From Octopus vulgaris (lineage: Eukaryota), in NCBI GenBank assembly GCA_951406725.2, contig OX597834.1, forward strand, positions 27,900,001 to 27,964,000: 64,000 nucleotides of DNA. The letters are read 5' to 3'. The position numbers were made by a program, and so were the translations under genes. The notes under the pieces are model-generated. The model was not told the origin of the DNA. It was given only the letters and a program-made list of their open reading frames with translations, and ran no database searches. Every line of letters begins with the position of its first letter. Within the stretch, counting starts at the first letter, position 1. Of the stretch, positions 1-15,029 are shown in pieces.

Positions 1-49
1 TTCAATAAATATATATATATATGTGTGTGTGTGTCTGTGTATGTTTGTA

Positions 50-253
50 TGTCTGTGTTTCTCCCCCACCCAACATCGCATGCCAAGCGATGCTGGTGTG
101 TTTAGGTCCCCGTAACTTAGCGGTTCGGCAAAAGAGACCGATAGAATAAGTACTAGGCTTACAAAGAATAAGCCCTGGGTTCGATTCGCTCGGCTAAAGA
201 CGGTGCTCCAGCATGGCCGCCGTCAAATGACTGAAGCAAGTAAAAGAGTAAAA
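50..253 (+). mobile_element. SINE family A, 3' half
   Basis: Matches the tail of full copies such as 30247-30664: tagcggttcggcaaaagagaccgatagaataagtact...ggtgctccagcatggcc...caagtaaaagagtaaaag. Confidence 0.85.
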
Positions 254-311
254 GAATATATGTGTGTGTGTGCAGACACACCTACACAGATGTACCCTCG
301 CACGCATACAC

Positions 312-348
<37 letters not shown>

Positions 349-669
349 CACAGCTACTACAACATGGCGACATAACGCAGTTTGGTGTTTCAATGAGAAA
401 TTTTATAAAATTACGCTACTTCTTACGATATTCCTCACACACCCTGTCAACTAATGCTAAATTGCAGAAAGGGGTACGGTAGATAGGGGTACGTCAGGCA
501 GGGAAGAAAGAAAGGGAATGACAGGCAAAGAGTTTAATCAATCAAAGTGCATAATTTCCTCTTCGACTTTATTTTTCGGGTGTGATCGATATTTGATCGA
601 GAACTTGATCCGTCTAGTGTACCCAGTGCCTTGAACATGAACCTACCCGACAGGAAATGATTCTATCGC

Positions 670-1170
670 ACAAACAAAAAGCGAAAAATATAGAAAAATA
701 TAGAAAATATAAGAAAAAGAAAAGAAAAATATAGAAAAATATAGAAAATATAAGAAAAAGAAAACAAAAATAAACTCATAATAATGTAAAAAAAAATGCA
801 AAATGAAAAAATGACAAAAAGAAAAAGCGAAATATAAAAAGTAAAATTTAAAGTTAAATAAAAGCATAAAGGTTTTTTTTTTTTTTAGAAAAATAAATAA
901 AACGGAAGGAAAAAGATTTTTAAATGCAGTAAAATAAAAAAAAAAGATAAAAACAATAAAAATAAATAGTTAAAAAGGAAGAAATAAATAATGAATACTA
1001 TAAAAAAGAAAAGAATAATAAGATTAAAAACAAGGGGGAACTAGATAAAATAAAATGAAAAACAAGAAAATATAAAATACAAACAAACATTTTTATATAT
1101 AACTATATAAAATAAAGCAATAAAAAAGAATATATGGTAAAAAAACAACAAAGCATAACAAAAATAATGT
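670..1170. repeat. A-rich low-complexity tract
   Basis: Imperfect aaaaatatag-type units with almost no C or G. Confidence 0.8.
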
Positions 1171-1442
1171 AGTCGGGTGTGTTTGTCCCACGTAGTTCGC
1201 TAATGATTTTGGTGTAAAAGACCCAGGATTCAAGCGATAAAATGATGTCAAAAATTGGGATTAAAACCCTATAAATATCATGACGACTTCATTTTTGTTA
1301 TCGATATTGTGGTCGATATTGTTGTTATTGTTATTGTTTTTGTTGTCTTTGTCATGTTATTGTTGGTATTGTGGGTGTCGATGCTGCTGCTATTGTTGTT
1401 GTTGCTGCTGCTGCTGCTGCTGCTGTTGATGTTGATGTTGCT

Positions 1443-1812
1443 GTTGAGCGAAGCGGTCTTCACCCCAGAATGGGAGAAGTCCGAAACGTGGTCCTTTGCT
1501 ATTCGTAAGACCCGCAGAAGAGAAAGCAGGTCAACCCCCGACACCGAGAGCATCGACGGATGGATGGATGAATGCGCATCCAGGCTCAGCGGTTGCGTAG
1601 GAAGTCGGGGACAAGAAACAGGAAGAAAGAGTGAGAGAAAGTTGGGGCGAAAGAGTACAACAGGGGTCGCCCCCCCCCCCCCTGCCCGGAGCCTCGTGGA
1701 GCTTTAGGTGTTTTCGCTCAATAAACACACACAACGCCCGGTCTGGGGACCGAAACCGCGATCCTCCGACCGAGAGTCCGCTGCCCTAACCAGTGGGCCA
1801 TTGCGCCTCCAC
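1443..1812 (-). mobile_element. tRNA-derived SINE, head B with tail type 3
   Basis: Reverse complement starts gtggaggcgcaatggcccactggttagggcagcggact (A box) with B box ggtttcggtccc. The tail differs from other B copies and ends in (CAA/CAG)n. Confidence 0.85.
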
Positions 1813-2257
1813 TGCTGCTGCTGTTGGTGTTGGTGTTATTTGTGTTTGTGCTTCTTTGCCGTCAATGTAGTTATTATTGTTAATAGTGTTGTTAGTGTTG
1901 TGCCTGTTCTCGTTCTTGTCGATGTTATGGTTTGATGCTGTTGTGATTGTTTGTTGTTGTAGTAGTTGTTATTGGTCTAGTTGCTATCGTGTTCTTTTGC
2001 CTCTGTTGTTGTAGTTATTCAGCCCTGGGTCGCCCTTGAGCAGATCTCTAATCAAAGTCCTTCATGTAATGCCCAGCTCCGCCATTTCGTTTTGCAAATG
2101 CATCTAGGACTACACTACACAATACTTCTTACTTTTAAGATTATAAAGTAAAATTTGAGAGATATTTCGCTGCTATGTCTAAAAAGTCAAACGTCTGCGT
2201 TTGGGGAAGTTCCTCATAGGACGTGTGATAATTTTAAAGACCAATCTCCTTCGTGAC

Positions 2258-2765
2258 TACCGTCGACCTCCCAAACGAATGAAAACATGAAAAGTCGTGA
2301 ACTGAACTTGGAGGACCGTCATCGAATAATTGACGAACTTGTCGATATGGCTAGTGTGTCCTGAAGCTCCTGCCAACGAACTTTGAACGAGGAATTGCGA
2401 ATGAAAAGTGTTGCAGCAAAATTTCTGCCTCGCTTGCTCACTGAAGATCAAAAGCAGTCACGGCTGAATGCATATCGCGAACTGAAAAAACAGTTAGAAG
2501 TTGATCCAGATCTTTCATTCAAAGGTCATCACTGGTGACGAAAGCTGGTGCTACAGAGCTTGTAGATGTGGAAGAGGTGAAGAACAAAACGATGGAGGCG
2601 TTGAAAGGCATCACTTCGTAGGAATTACAGCACTGCTTCGAATAGCAGAAAACGGGACTGTATCGGTACATTGCTTCAAATGCAGAATATTTTGAAGGCG
2701 ATAGAAGTGTAAACATGTGAATAAAATAATATTACATAATTCCTGCTTCTTTTGGGTCCCCCTTC
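2258..2765 (+). mobile_element. Internally deleted mariner transposase remnant with right end
   Basis: Translates with stops and frameshifts to ...EELRMKSVAAKFLPRLLTEDQKQSRL...KVITGDESWCY, then jumps to DVEEVKNKTMEALKGI...YIASNAEYFEGD. A TIR-like end ttttgggtcccccttcta follows. Confidence 0.9.
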
Positions 2766-2881
2766 TAATATGTGTGCGTATGTGTGTCTGTATGGATATA
2801 CATATATGTATGTATATATATAATCGTAGCACTCCGTCGGTTACGACGGTGAGGGTTTCAGTTGATCCGATCATATGTATG

Positions 2882-2977
<96 letters not shown>

Positions 2978-2990
2978 TGTGTCTGTGTGT

Positions 2991-3058
<68 letters not shown>

Positions 3059-3610
3059 AATTACAAAGATAGGGTCAATGTTAACCGGAGAGTGACAAAG
3101 ATTACCCCAGAAATATTTAAAAAATGTAACTGAACTGAATCGTAATGGATGGATGCTAACTTGCTATAAAACCATGAAGAACTATGAATAGGGCTGTCTG
3201 GAGCATCTTAAAGAACTGAGAACAAACAAAATAACTCGAGAAAACATGCTAGCTGCTTTTATACATCTGTCCTTTCTTATGTCCAATTTGTGGACTTGTC
3301 TGTAAATCGTTGGCTTAATGGAATTCTCATAAAAAAAAACGATAGACAGAATTAAAGAAAAATTTATTTTCAAAATGCTATATACGTGGAAATCGATAGA
3401 AGAATCCATCAATACATACATATGTGTATATGTATGTATGGCTGGATTGGATGGATTTATATGTAGATAGAGAGAGAGATAGAGAGAAAGAGATGAATAG
3501 ATAGCGGGAGAAATATAGACATATACGTTTATATGCATCTATGTACATATATAGGTATATACATGTGTGCATGTAACTGTATGTATACTTAAATATGTAC
3601 CGTACATATG

Positions 3611-3679
<69 letters not shown>

Positions 3680-4132
3680 GTGTGTACACACATATATACA
3701 TATGTATATAACTCCAAGAAAGTTAGGGATTGTGAATCCAACCCACTAAGGGATGATATCTATCCAATATACCGTTGGTATATTATTAATTATTAATACA
3801 CAATTTATATTATTATTAACATTATTATTTATTATTATTTATATTATTATTATATTATTATTTAAATTATTATCATTTATATTATTATTAATTATTAATA
3901 CACAAGGGTATTTTATTGCATTGCAATTACATTACCTAGTGTCTTAAATGGGTGAAGGTTAAGAGATATTTTACCATAAAAATTATTTGTATCCTTATCT
4001 TATATGCATAGAATAATATGCTATATGTATGTATGTTATTACAATTATCAGTTTAATTAATAAATAAATAAGTTAACATTTTTAATGTCCTAAAGTTGAT
4101 GAACCAACTATTGTTTTCCTCCATTTTCTTCT

Positions 4133-4273
<141 letters not shown>

Positions 4274-4339
4274 TAAATATGATATATATATATATATATA
4301 TATATACTTTATTTTAAGCAGCAGAAAATTCAACAAAAT

Positions 4340-4377
4340 CTGTTACTCTGAGTTTCTCGTTGCCGTTCATCAGACAG
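4340..4377 (-). ncRNA. Minimal type I hammerhead ribozyme motif
   Basis: Minus strand reads ctgt-CTGATGA-acg gcaa cga-GAAA-ctcagag-TA-acag. The core is canonical, stem I is ctgt/acag, and stem II has a basal mismatch. Confidence 0.65.
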
Positions 4378-4573
4378 TTTTTGCTAGAATGGAACTTATA
4401 TATTAATTCAATCTATCTTTTTTCCACCTTGTTTCACATTTATGTGTTTACTCCGGTATATATATATATATATATATATACGAAATTAATTTGTGTAAGA
4501 ATCAATACGAAGGGTACTCCATCTAATGAGAGTCTGATATTACTATAAATGCTTCATAGTACATGCATTGTAC

Positions 4574-4617
4574 GCACTTCTAATTGTTTCACGTGCGCAA
4601 GTACGTTCGTCGGGTGC
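4574..4617 (-). ncRNA. Degenerate hammerhead-like motif
   Basis: Minus strand reads gcac-CCGACGA-acgtac ttgc gcacgt-GAAA-caattag-aa-gtgc. The cleavage triplet is not intact. Confidence 0.35.
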
Positions 4618-4835
4618 TGATTGAACTATGCAAGCAAGAGGTTTACATTTAAATAGAGGACAGGTGTGAAGCGGTACGAACGCAAAACGTACTTAATTGA
4701 AGATGCCACCAAGATGAGTAAATGAATAATTAAAAGAAATTAAATTAAAAATTTTAAATAAATAATCAAATAAAAATTATATATATAATAGTAAAAGGTA
4801 TATTCTCTATAAATTTAAGATATATTAAAAGATGT

Positions 4836-5166
4836 GAAGGCGCATGGCTCAGTCGTTAGAGCGTCGAGCTTACGATCGTGAGGTTGTGAGTTCGATTCCC
4901 GGACTGGGCTGCGTGTTGTGTTCTTGAGCAAGACATATTATTTTACGTTGCTCCAGTTCACTCAGCTGTAGAAATGAGTTGTGACATTACTAGTACCAAA
5001 CTGCATCGGCCTTTGCCTTTCTCTTGGATAACATCAGTAGTGTAGAGAGGGGAGGCTGATATGCATGCGCGACTGCTGGTCTTCCACTAGCACCCTTGAC
5101 CGGACTTGTGCCTCGGAGGGTAACTTTCTAGATGCAATCCCATGGCCAATCATGACCGAAGGGGGT
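4836..5166 (+). mobile_element. tRNA-derived SINE, head D (CORE-like centre) with tail type 4
   Basis: A box tggctcagtcg, B box gagttcgattccc, then gttcttgagcaagaca...ttgctccagttcactcagctg. A homolog lies at 53679-53983. Confidence 0.85.
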
Positions 5167-5400
5167 TTTCTCCTCCTCATTAAAATATAATTCTAAAAAA
5201 ACGATAAAAGTCCGAATGAAAAGTACGATGAAAATACAAAATATAACTGTAAATATGTACATATGAAAGAAAAACTGACATTATATTATATATACGAAGA
5301 TTCTAAAGAACCCAAAGACCATACGTTCAACTCATACATACACAAAGCCACATACAATATATACATGTGTGTGTGTATGTATGTATGTATACATATACAT

Positions 5401-5518
5401 ATCACGTGATCACGTGACCGACCAGACCATCAGATGTTGTTACACATCGCTGGTCACAATGCGTTCGCATTGTTTTAGCCTTCGAATGACGCCATCCCGC
5501 TGGCTAAGCGAGCAGGCC
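5401..5518 (-). mobile_element. SINE tail type 2 fragment
   Basis: Reverse complement matches the tail of 42956-43261 (ggcctgctcgcttagccagc...ggtcacgtgatcacgtga). Confidence 0.8.
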
Positions 5519-5612
5519 ACATATACATACATATACATATATTTATAGATATATATACGTATGTATGCATATATGTATACGTATACATACATACATATAT
5601 ATACATATATAA

Positions 5613-5647
<35 letters not shown>

Positions 5648-5659
5648 TATATATAGTAT

Positions 5660-5927
5660 ATACATATATTTATAAAGATGTATATATATATACATATATT
5701 TATAAAGATATATATATATATATATATATACATATATTTATAAAGATATATATATATATATATACATATATTTATAAAGATATATATATATATACATATA
5801 TTTATAAAGATATATATATATATACATATATTTATAAAGATATATATATATATATATATATACATATATTTATAAAGATATATATATATACATATATTTA
5901 TAAAGATATATATACATATATTTATAA

Positions 5928-5968
<41 letters not shown>

Positions 5969-6551
5969 TTTATAAAGATATATATATATATATATACATA
6001 TATTTATAAAGATATATATATATATATACATATATTTATAAAGATATATATATATAGATAGATAGATATATACTAGCAGTATCGCCCGGCGTTGCTCAGG
6101 TTTGTAAGGGAAATAACTATAAAGCATTTTTAGAGAGTTATAGCCAAAAAATAGCAAAAAAATGGAAAAAAATTATGGTAAATTTTTTTTGAGAGTGAAA
6201 AAAGGTGGAGTTGCGTCCCCTAGACAGTTTGCGGTTTGTGTTTCTGATTCTCGACCCCATGTCGAATTTATCGATTTTTTTCAGAACTGGGGGAACTTTT
6301 CAAGATTTTCGCTACGTTAGTTTTGAATTATGACATTGGGCTATGTGTGTGTCAAGTTTCATCAGAATCGGTTGAAAGCCGTGGTCAGGGTGAGGGTACA
6401 AGCAAACAGACACACAGAAACACGCACAGACAAACTGCCGTTTATATAGAGAGAGATATACATATATTTATAAAGATATATATATATATATATACATATA
6501 TTTATAAAGATATATACATATATTTATAAAGATATATACATATATTTATAA

Positions 6552-6580
<29 letters not shown>
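5660..6580. repeat. TA-derived minisatellite interrupted by a Helitron
   Basis: Units of catatatttataaaga(ta)n repeat on both sides of 6073-6456. Confidence 0.85.
6073..6456 (-). mobile_element. Non-autonomous Helitron
   Basis: Minus strand begins TC (tctctctctatataaacggc) and ends ...cctgagcaacgccgggcgatactgCTAG with a subterminal hairpin. It sits between A and T, and its 3' end is shared with 49470-50649 and 58959-59467. Confidence 0.85.
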
Positions 6581-6585
<5 letters not shown>

Positions 6586-6734
6586 TGTGTTGCTCTGTTT
6601 TTTCTCAAGATATTTAAATCCAATCATGAATCAATCCATTGTTCTTGTGATGATCGATATTTATTGTTCAGTAAAAACAAAAACAAAAAAAAGTGAGACA
6701 ATATCTTCTGATTACGTTAATACCTTCTAATTAA

Positions 6735-7062
6735 TTAGCTAATTTCTTCCTCCTCGTCAAAGACGATTTGTCCCGGGAGAGCAAAAGTGGGTATGTACGG
6801 TTGACGTGTTGACGTTGATTTAGCTCTCCGTATTTCGCCGTTCAACCGGTTGGCTTTCAGTTCTATTGATGTCACCAAGTCGTCGTTAGAAAGAAGTAAG
6901 GAATGGTTCACGATATACTTTCCTCTTGTATTCTTTCTCAGAAATCTCATATGATCTTTCATGCGGCTTCTCAACTTACGCCACATTGATCTGTTTGCTT
7001 CGTCAAACGTGGACTCCATGCTGTATAGATTATCCAACGTACAAATGCACTGAAGGTGTTTC
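6735..7062 (-). CDS. Candidate terminal coding exon, product unknown
   Basis: Acceptor tatctgtatacag|G at 7063/7062 is followed by a non-repetitive open frame KHLQCICTLDNLYSMESTFDEANRSMWRKLRSRMKDHMRFLRK...QIVFDEEEEIS*. An internal donor-like GC|GTAAGT at 6980 gives an alternative 83-nt exon. Confidence 0.5.
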
Positions 7063-7393
7063 CTGTATACAGATATATGATTATTTGACGATATACATAA
7101 ATATATATATATAAATAAATATATGCAGAGATAGAGAGCTAAGGAGATAGAGACAGCAAGGCAAGAAATATATACGCAGCTCTATAACAAATCTCTAAAT
7201 ACTGAATCAAAATTTGACATATAAAATGAAAGCATGTTGCGTGCTTGAGGAGGATTATGGGAATACAGACAGTGACGTCATAAGAGAGAATTTGGCATCT
7301 ACCACGTTTCACGTTTAATACATAATGCATGTGTGTGAGTATGTGCGTAAGTATCTATGTGTATATATGTGTGTGTGGGGGGGTGAGTGTATG

Positions 7394-7432
<39 letters not shown>

Positions 7433-7435
7433 CTG

Positions 7436-7484
<49 letters not shown>

Positions 7485-7658
7485 TATGTATATAATATAC
7501 ATATATGCATGTATGTATATCCTAGGTGTACTTATTCACACTTTAACATATAATTTTTGTGTTTATAGATGTGTATACATAGAAATATACGCAAACATAT
7601 GTATATATATATAGATAAACATGTGTGTGTGTGTGTGTGTTTGTGTGTGTGCATGTGT

Positions 7659-7882
7659 GGACATTGTTGTAGAGCTGAAAAAGAAGTAATTTCTACTCTT
7701 CTCCTCTGGAAGCCATCTACTCGCAACACCAGAGGGCGCACACTCTCCTACCCTGATGTAATCTCCAGGGATACAGGCATCCAGCAACAGGACCTCCGTA
7801 ATGCTATGATGGACCGTGAAGTCTGGCGCAACATGGTAAATTCCATTGTCTCGACCACGGTCGAACAATGATGATGATGATG
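7659..7882 (+). mobile_element. RTE-type LINE 3' end (5'-truncated)
   Basis: Encodes GHCCRAEKEVISTLLLWKP...MMDREVWRNMV, an RTE-like C-terminus, ending in (TGA)n. A second copy lies at 52033-52320. Confidence 0.8.
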
Positions 7883-7952
7883 TGCATGTGTTTCTGTGTG
7901 TGAGAGAGTGCATAGACAGTCTTCTGTTTTGATATATACATATTATGATATG

Positions 7953-8028
<76 letters not shown>

Positions 8029-8030
8029 AA

Positions 8031-8498
8031 CCAGGAATAGGGGCAATTCAATTCTGGCTAGAGAATTACTCCAATGAACTCCCTCACCACATCGAAAAAG
8101 AATTCGTAATAGAAAGGCTAAAATTCGTCTTGGAGGAATAACTTTTACGTATTCAATGACAACTTCTATCGACAGTATCGGGGACTGCGATGGGCACGAC
8201 AATGGCCCTCTCCTTTGCTAACCTAGTCATGGGATATCTAGAAATCAGTCTGTATCTTAAGGTACTAGAAAAATATAGAAACCCATTCTCCCTTTGCATA
8301 GAAAATACCTGGAAAAGACATCTCGATGACTGCTTCATTCTTTGGCATGAAAGTATAGAGTGACTTAAAGAATTTCAAGCACTTCTAAATGGACTTGACA
8401 TAAACATTCGATTTACGATGGAATATAGCCGTTAACAACTTCCATTCCTTGACATCCTCATTAAGAAGACCAACAGCAAAATAGAAACTGACATATAT
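8031..8498 (+). pseudogene. Penelope-like retroelement reverse transcriptase remnant
   Basis: Disrupted frame with [49 protein letters not shown] and IETDIY, matching the order of PLE RT motifs. Confidence 0.9.
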
Positions 8499-8577
8499 TC
8501 TTGGGGGTTAAAAAATCACATTAAACTCCGTTCGAACGGAACAGCCATGTTGATGTGGCTACTAACATTATTTGCTG

Positions 8578-9405
<828 letters not shown>

Positions 9406-9572
9406 TAATAGTTATCGCCATACTAATATGGCATTCTTATAAAAATAAGAAAAAGCTGTCCGCTTATTAGCTCCATGAGGCCATCGCCTTAAGTTAGCTA
9501 TTTGATACACAAACTGTATCCATATAACCTTCGAACAAGGGAGGTCAGTCGCTCCACACTACCTGACCGGCA

Positions 9573-9614
9573 GCTACAGACGCGTTTCGGGGTATTGCCC
9601 CTTTTCAATGCAGC
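9573..9614 (-). ncRNA. Minimal hammerhead ribozyme, U3-A8 core variant
   Basis: Minus strand reads gctgca-TTGAAAA-gggg caata cccc-GAAA-cgcg-TC-tgtagc. Confidence 0.7.
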
Positions 9615-9934
9615 GTAGCCAGCCAGTAGGTGTCGCTTCCGACAATCTCTGTTCGATGGTTTTATTTACCTAGTTTCGGTGGAATACATCCACTTGTTTT
9701 CAATAATAGAAATATTAAAATAACTAAGTCTCTCTAAAAGAGAACAGCGGCAGCGTTCCCGGAAAATAATAGTTATCGCCATACTAATATGGCATTCTTA
9801 TAAAAATAAGAAAAAAGCTGTCCGCTTATTAGCTCCATGAGGCCATCGCCTTAAGTTAGCTATTTGATACACAAACTGTATCCATATAACCTTCGAACAA
9901 GGGAGGTCAGTCGCTCCACACTACCTGACCGGCA

Positions 9935-9976
9935 GCTACAGACGCGTTTCGGGGTATTGCCCCTTTTCAATGCAGC
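9935..9976 (-). ncRNA. Minimal hammerhead ribozyme, U3-A8 core variant (second copy)
   Basis: Identical to 9573-9614. Confidence 0.7.
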
Positions 9977-9988
9977 GTAGCCAGCCAG

Positions 9989-10369
<381 letters not shown>

Positions 10370-10416
10370 AATAGAGGAAATTTATCTATACAATATGTTA
10401 CATTACTCGGTAGTCA

Positions 10417-10479
10417 AGATAAAACTCTGAGTTTCAGATGCCGATGTGGAAATCCACAACACCATCTCTTCGGTTATCT
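10417..10479 (-). ncRNA. Hammerhead-like motif with CCGAAGA core and extended stem II
   Basis: Minus strand reads agataa-CCGAAGA-gatg...tgtgg attt ccaca...catc t-GAAA-ctcagag-TT-ttatct. Its stem III (ctcagag) is the same as at 4340-4377. Confidence 0.55.
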
Positions 10480-10481
10480 GG

Positions 10482-10535
<54 letters not shown>

Positions 10536-10870
10536 TATAATGAACAATTACTTGTTTCTGTCATTTGACTGTGCCATGCTGGAGTCTTTTGCCGAACCGC
10601 TAGGTTGCGGGGCGTAAGCACACCGACATCGGCTGTTAAGTAATCGTGGGGGAACAAGCACATATTTGAGTGAGTGTGTATGTGTGTGTGTGTGTGTATG
10701 TGTGTGTGTGTGTTTGCGTATTACATATATTACATCTGTCTATCTATATACAATGAATATAAATACATGTTATATATATATATATATATACATGTTGAGA
10801 TTGACATAAATAGATAAGTAGACAGACAGACAGACAGCAGACAGATAGACACACAGAGAGACACAGACAT

Positions 10871-10954
<84 letters not shown>

Positions 10955-12229
10955 CAGACAGACACGCAAACAGACAAGGAGAGTGAGAGACAGGCAGAGA
11001 GGCAGACAGACGGGCAGACAAGCAGATGAACATACAGCCAGATAGAACAGTGACAAAAGGGAGAGTGAGAGAAAGTGACAAGCTAAGCGTTAATAAAGGC
11101 TTAATGACGTAGGAGACTCTCTCCGAGAAACCGAATAAATAAATAAATACAGACAAGTAAACAAATAAATGAATAATGAAATAAAAATAAATAAATTGAA
11201 TAAACCGACAGCAAACTACAACGGCGAAATGGCAGCCATGTTTGCGAGTTGTGTTAAGATATTTGTTAAGAGAAGTGAGAGCAGGTATGTATCGGTGAAG
11301 AATCCTTGCTAATCCAATAAGCGGTACCAAAGCTGGCGAGTTGTCGTGTGAAACGGTAGAAAGAAAAGGGTTAAACTGACAAAACAAAAAGGAAAGCAAA
11401 AACAAAAAAAAAACAAAAACAAACTACTAATAGAGAATGATACAAATTAAGAGAAAAAAGAATCCCCGCGAAGACACAGAAAGAAAAACGAAAATGGCGC
11501 CGAGTTAGTAAGTAAGAGAGGTGTTAATGGGGTATGAGATAAGGGTGAGTAAGACAGGGTGTGTGCTTAAAGGTGGGATAAAAAACAAATCGAAGAAACC
11601 AGATATGACAAGTGTTATGTTTTGTTCTTGATTTTGTTGCTGTTGTTGTTTTCGGTTCTCTGTTTTCTTTCTTTTATTCTTCCTTTATTTCTATCCTTAT
11701 TTCTTTCTGTCTTTCTTTCTTTCGTTCGTTCGTTCGTTTCGTTTGTTCGGTCTTTCCTTCTCTCGCAGACTTCAGTCAAATGAATTTATCTGTGAATATT
11801 GGCAGAAAGATTGTAACCGTTTTAGGGGGTCTTTTGAAAAGTTTAGTTCGAAAATACGGCAGCGAAAATATTACATAACGCGCATGAGCACACGTACACA
11901 TACACACGCACACACAAACGCGCACACTCACACACAGACAGAGACATACAACTGCGCATAGATATGCATGCACACGTACGTGCGAACATACCCGTGTGTG
12001 TATGTGTGTCTGTCGGTATGTATGTATGTATGTATGTATGTATGTATGTATGTATGTATGTATGTATGTATACGTATGTATATGTTTATGCATGTGTGTG
12101 TAAATATATATGTATTTATATACATATATGCATATAAAGACACACTATAGACAGAGATGACAGAAGCTAGAAAGATAGATAGAAAGAGAGGGGGGATAGA
12201 GAGATAGACAGACAGACAGACAGATATGT

Positions 12230-12340
<111 letters not shown>

Positions 12341-12549
12341 CATACATACATACATACATACATACATACATACATACATACATACATACATACATACATA
12401 CATACATACATACATACATACATACATAGAGAAGGAGAGAGAAGGAAAATTTGGACGTTGGTGGGGAATAATTTTAAAATGCAGAAGTGTGAAAAATAGA
12501 GAAAAATGCATAAATGTATATAGACGGAATGGCTACAGGAATATTGATG

Positions 12550-13085
12550 GCAGCGGTGGTGGTTGAGGTTAGCGGTGGTAGGTGCGGTAGTGGTGTTAGT
12601 CTGATTGTGATGAGGGTGGTGGTGGTGGTGGTGGTGGTATTTTTGGTGCTGGTGGTAACGGCAACAGTGGTGGTGGTGAAGACGATGGTAAGGAGTGATG
12701 GTGATGGTGATGATAATGATGATGGTGGTGATGATAATGGTGGTGGTGGTGGTGGTGGTATTTGTGGTATTGGTGATGGTGATGGTGGTAACGGCAACGG
12801 TGATGGTGATGACGATGGTGGTATTGATGATGATGGTGGTGGTGGCGGCGGCGACGGCTGTGTTGTTGGTGGTGATGGTTGTGGTGGTGGTTGTGGTGGT
12901 GGCTGTGGTTGTGGCGGTGATAGTGGTGATGGTTGGTGGTATTGATGATGGCGGTGGTGGTGGCGGCGGCGGCGGTGGTGGTGGTGGTTGCGGTGATAGT
13001 GGAGACGACACTGGTGTTGGCATTAACGGGGAGCGGTAACATTCATGGTGGCGACGGTGCAATCGTCAGCGGTGGTAGTGTAGCA
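12550..13085. repeat. Degenerate (GGT/GAT)n tract
   Basis: Trinucleotide low-complexity sequence. Confidence 0.85.
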
Positions 13086-13326
13086 TCCATTACAATTTTT
13101 TTCAGACATTTTGTTTCATATCAATGAACAAAACAACAACCCCAACACGAACACACACACACATGCATGCGCATATAGACACACACACACATGCATGCGC
13201 ATATAGACACACATAAACATGCCCAGAAACCTGCACACATAAACATGCAAACACAAGAACACGCATTCATATACTAACACAAAAACACTCGCACCGAAAG
13301 GCACACATATAAATATATATAATATA

Positions 13327-13728
13327 CTCTTTACTCTTTTACTCTTTTACTTGTTTCAGTCATTTGACTGCGACCATGCTGGAGCACCGCCTTTAGTCGA
13401 GCAAATCGACCCCGAGACTTATTCTTTGTAAGCCCAGTACTTATTCTATCGATCTCTTTTGCCGAACCGCTAAGTTACGGGGACGTAAACACACCAGCAT
13501 TGGTTGTCAAGCAATGCTAGGGGTACAAACACAGACACACAAACAGGCACACGTATACATATATACGACAGGCCTCTTTCAGTTTCCGTCTACCAAATCC
13601 ACTCACAAGGCATTGGTCGGCCCGAGGCTATAGCAGAAGACACTTGCCCAAGATGCCACGCAGTGGGACTGAACCCGGAACCATGTGGTTGGTTAGCAAG
13701 CTACTTACCACACAGCCACTCCTGTGCC
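13327..13728 (-). mobile_element. SINE family A, full length
   Basis: Head ggcacaggagtggctgtgtggtaagtagcttg with B box-like gggttcagtccc, an internal microsatellite, and tail (gagtaaaa)n. Confidence 0.9.
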
Positions 13729-14043
13729 TACCCACACAGCCACACAGAGAAATTCTCACATTTACATTTACGCTTAATGTTGGTTTCAAATTTAGGCACA
13801 AGACCAGCAAGGTCGAACGAGGGTGCAAGACGATTACATCAACCTCCAGTACTCAAATGGTTCTGAATTTATCGACCCTGAAAGGGATGTAACGCAAAGT
13901 CGACTTCGGCGGAATTTGAACTCAGAATGTAAAGACGAACGAAATGCCGCTAAGCATTTTGCCCTTGGTGCCAAAGATTCTGCCAGCCTGCTACCTTATT
14001 TATGCATAAGAGAACATCCATCGATACACACATACACACACAT

Positions 14044-14088
<45 letters not shown>

Positions 14089-14171
14089 TACTGTTTATTT
14101 ACCTTAAGAATGCTGCTTTTGTCTGTGATATATATGTTTAGATATTTCTCTTGTTTAATTCTAATTTTTTT

Positions 14172-14540
14172 ATTACTTTATTGCCCACAGGAGGCTAAAC
14201 ATACAGGGGACAAACAAGGACAAAAAGATTAAGTCGATTACATCGACCCCAGTGCGTGACTAGTACTTAATTTATCGACCCCGAAAGGATGAAAGGCAAA
14301 GTCGACCTCGGCGGAATTCGAACTCAGAACGTAATGGCAGACGAAATACCTATTTCTTTACTGCCCACCAGGGGTTAAACACAGAGGGGGACAAACAAGG
14401 ACTGACAAACGGATTAAGTCGATTACATCGACCCCAGTGCGTAACTGGTACTTAATTTATCGACCCCGAAAAGATGAAAGGCAAAGTCGACCTCGGCGGA
14501 ATTTGAATTCAGAACGTAACGGCAGACGAAATACCTATTT
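14172..14540 (-). mobile_element. SINE family C (Meta-domain-like) tandem dimer
   Basis: Two adjacent copies of gtcgactttgcctttcatcctttcggggtcgataaattaagtac on the minus strand. Confidence 0.85.
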
Positions 14541-14542
14541 CA

Positions 14543-14890
14543 AGTGAGAGAGTGAGTGAGTGAGTGAGTGAGTGAGTGAACGAGTAAGTGATGAGTGAGT
14601 GAAAGAGTGAGTGAGTGAGTGAGCGAGTGAGTGAGTGAGTGAGCGAGTGTGTGAGTGAGTGAGTGAGTGAGTGAGTGAGTAAGTGAGTGAGTGAGTGAGT
14701 GATGAGTGAGTGAACGAGTGAGTGAGTGAGTGAGTGAGTGAGTGAGTGAGTGAGTGAGTGAGTGAGTGAGTGAACGAGTGAGTGAGTGAGTGAACGAGTA
14801 AGTGATGAGTGAGTGAACGAGTGAGTGAGTGAGTGAGTGAGTGAGTGAGCGACTGTGTGAGTGAGTGAGAGAACGAGTGAGCGAGCGATT
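14543..14890. repeat. (GAGT)n microsatellite
   Basis: Direct reading of the sequence. Confidence 0.95.
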
Positions 14891-15029
14891 GAGAATTACA
14901 CCTGAAATGAAATGAGAAATACGGAAACCTACAGGAAATAGCGCCATTAAGTGATTTTATAGCAGATATGTTTTTACAGAGATGATGTTGATAGTGATGA
15001 TGACGATGCGGTTGGGTGGGGTATTGGTA

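Noticed and set aside
11229-11560. Plus-strand ATG, donor-like sites and an AAAATGGCG motif
   Set aside because: No coherent exon chain or motif cluster; such short motifs are expected by chance.
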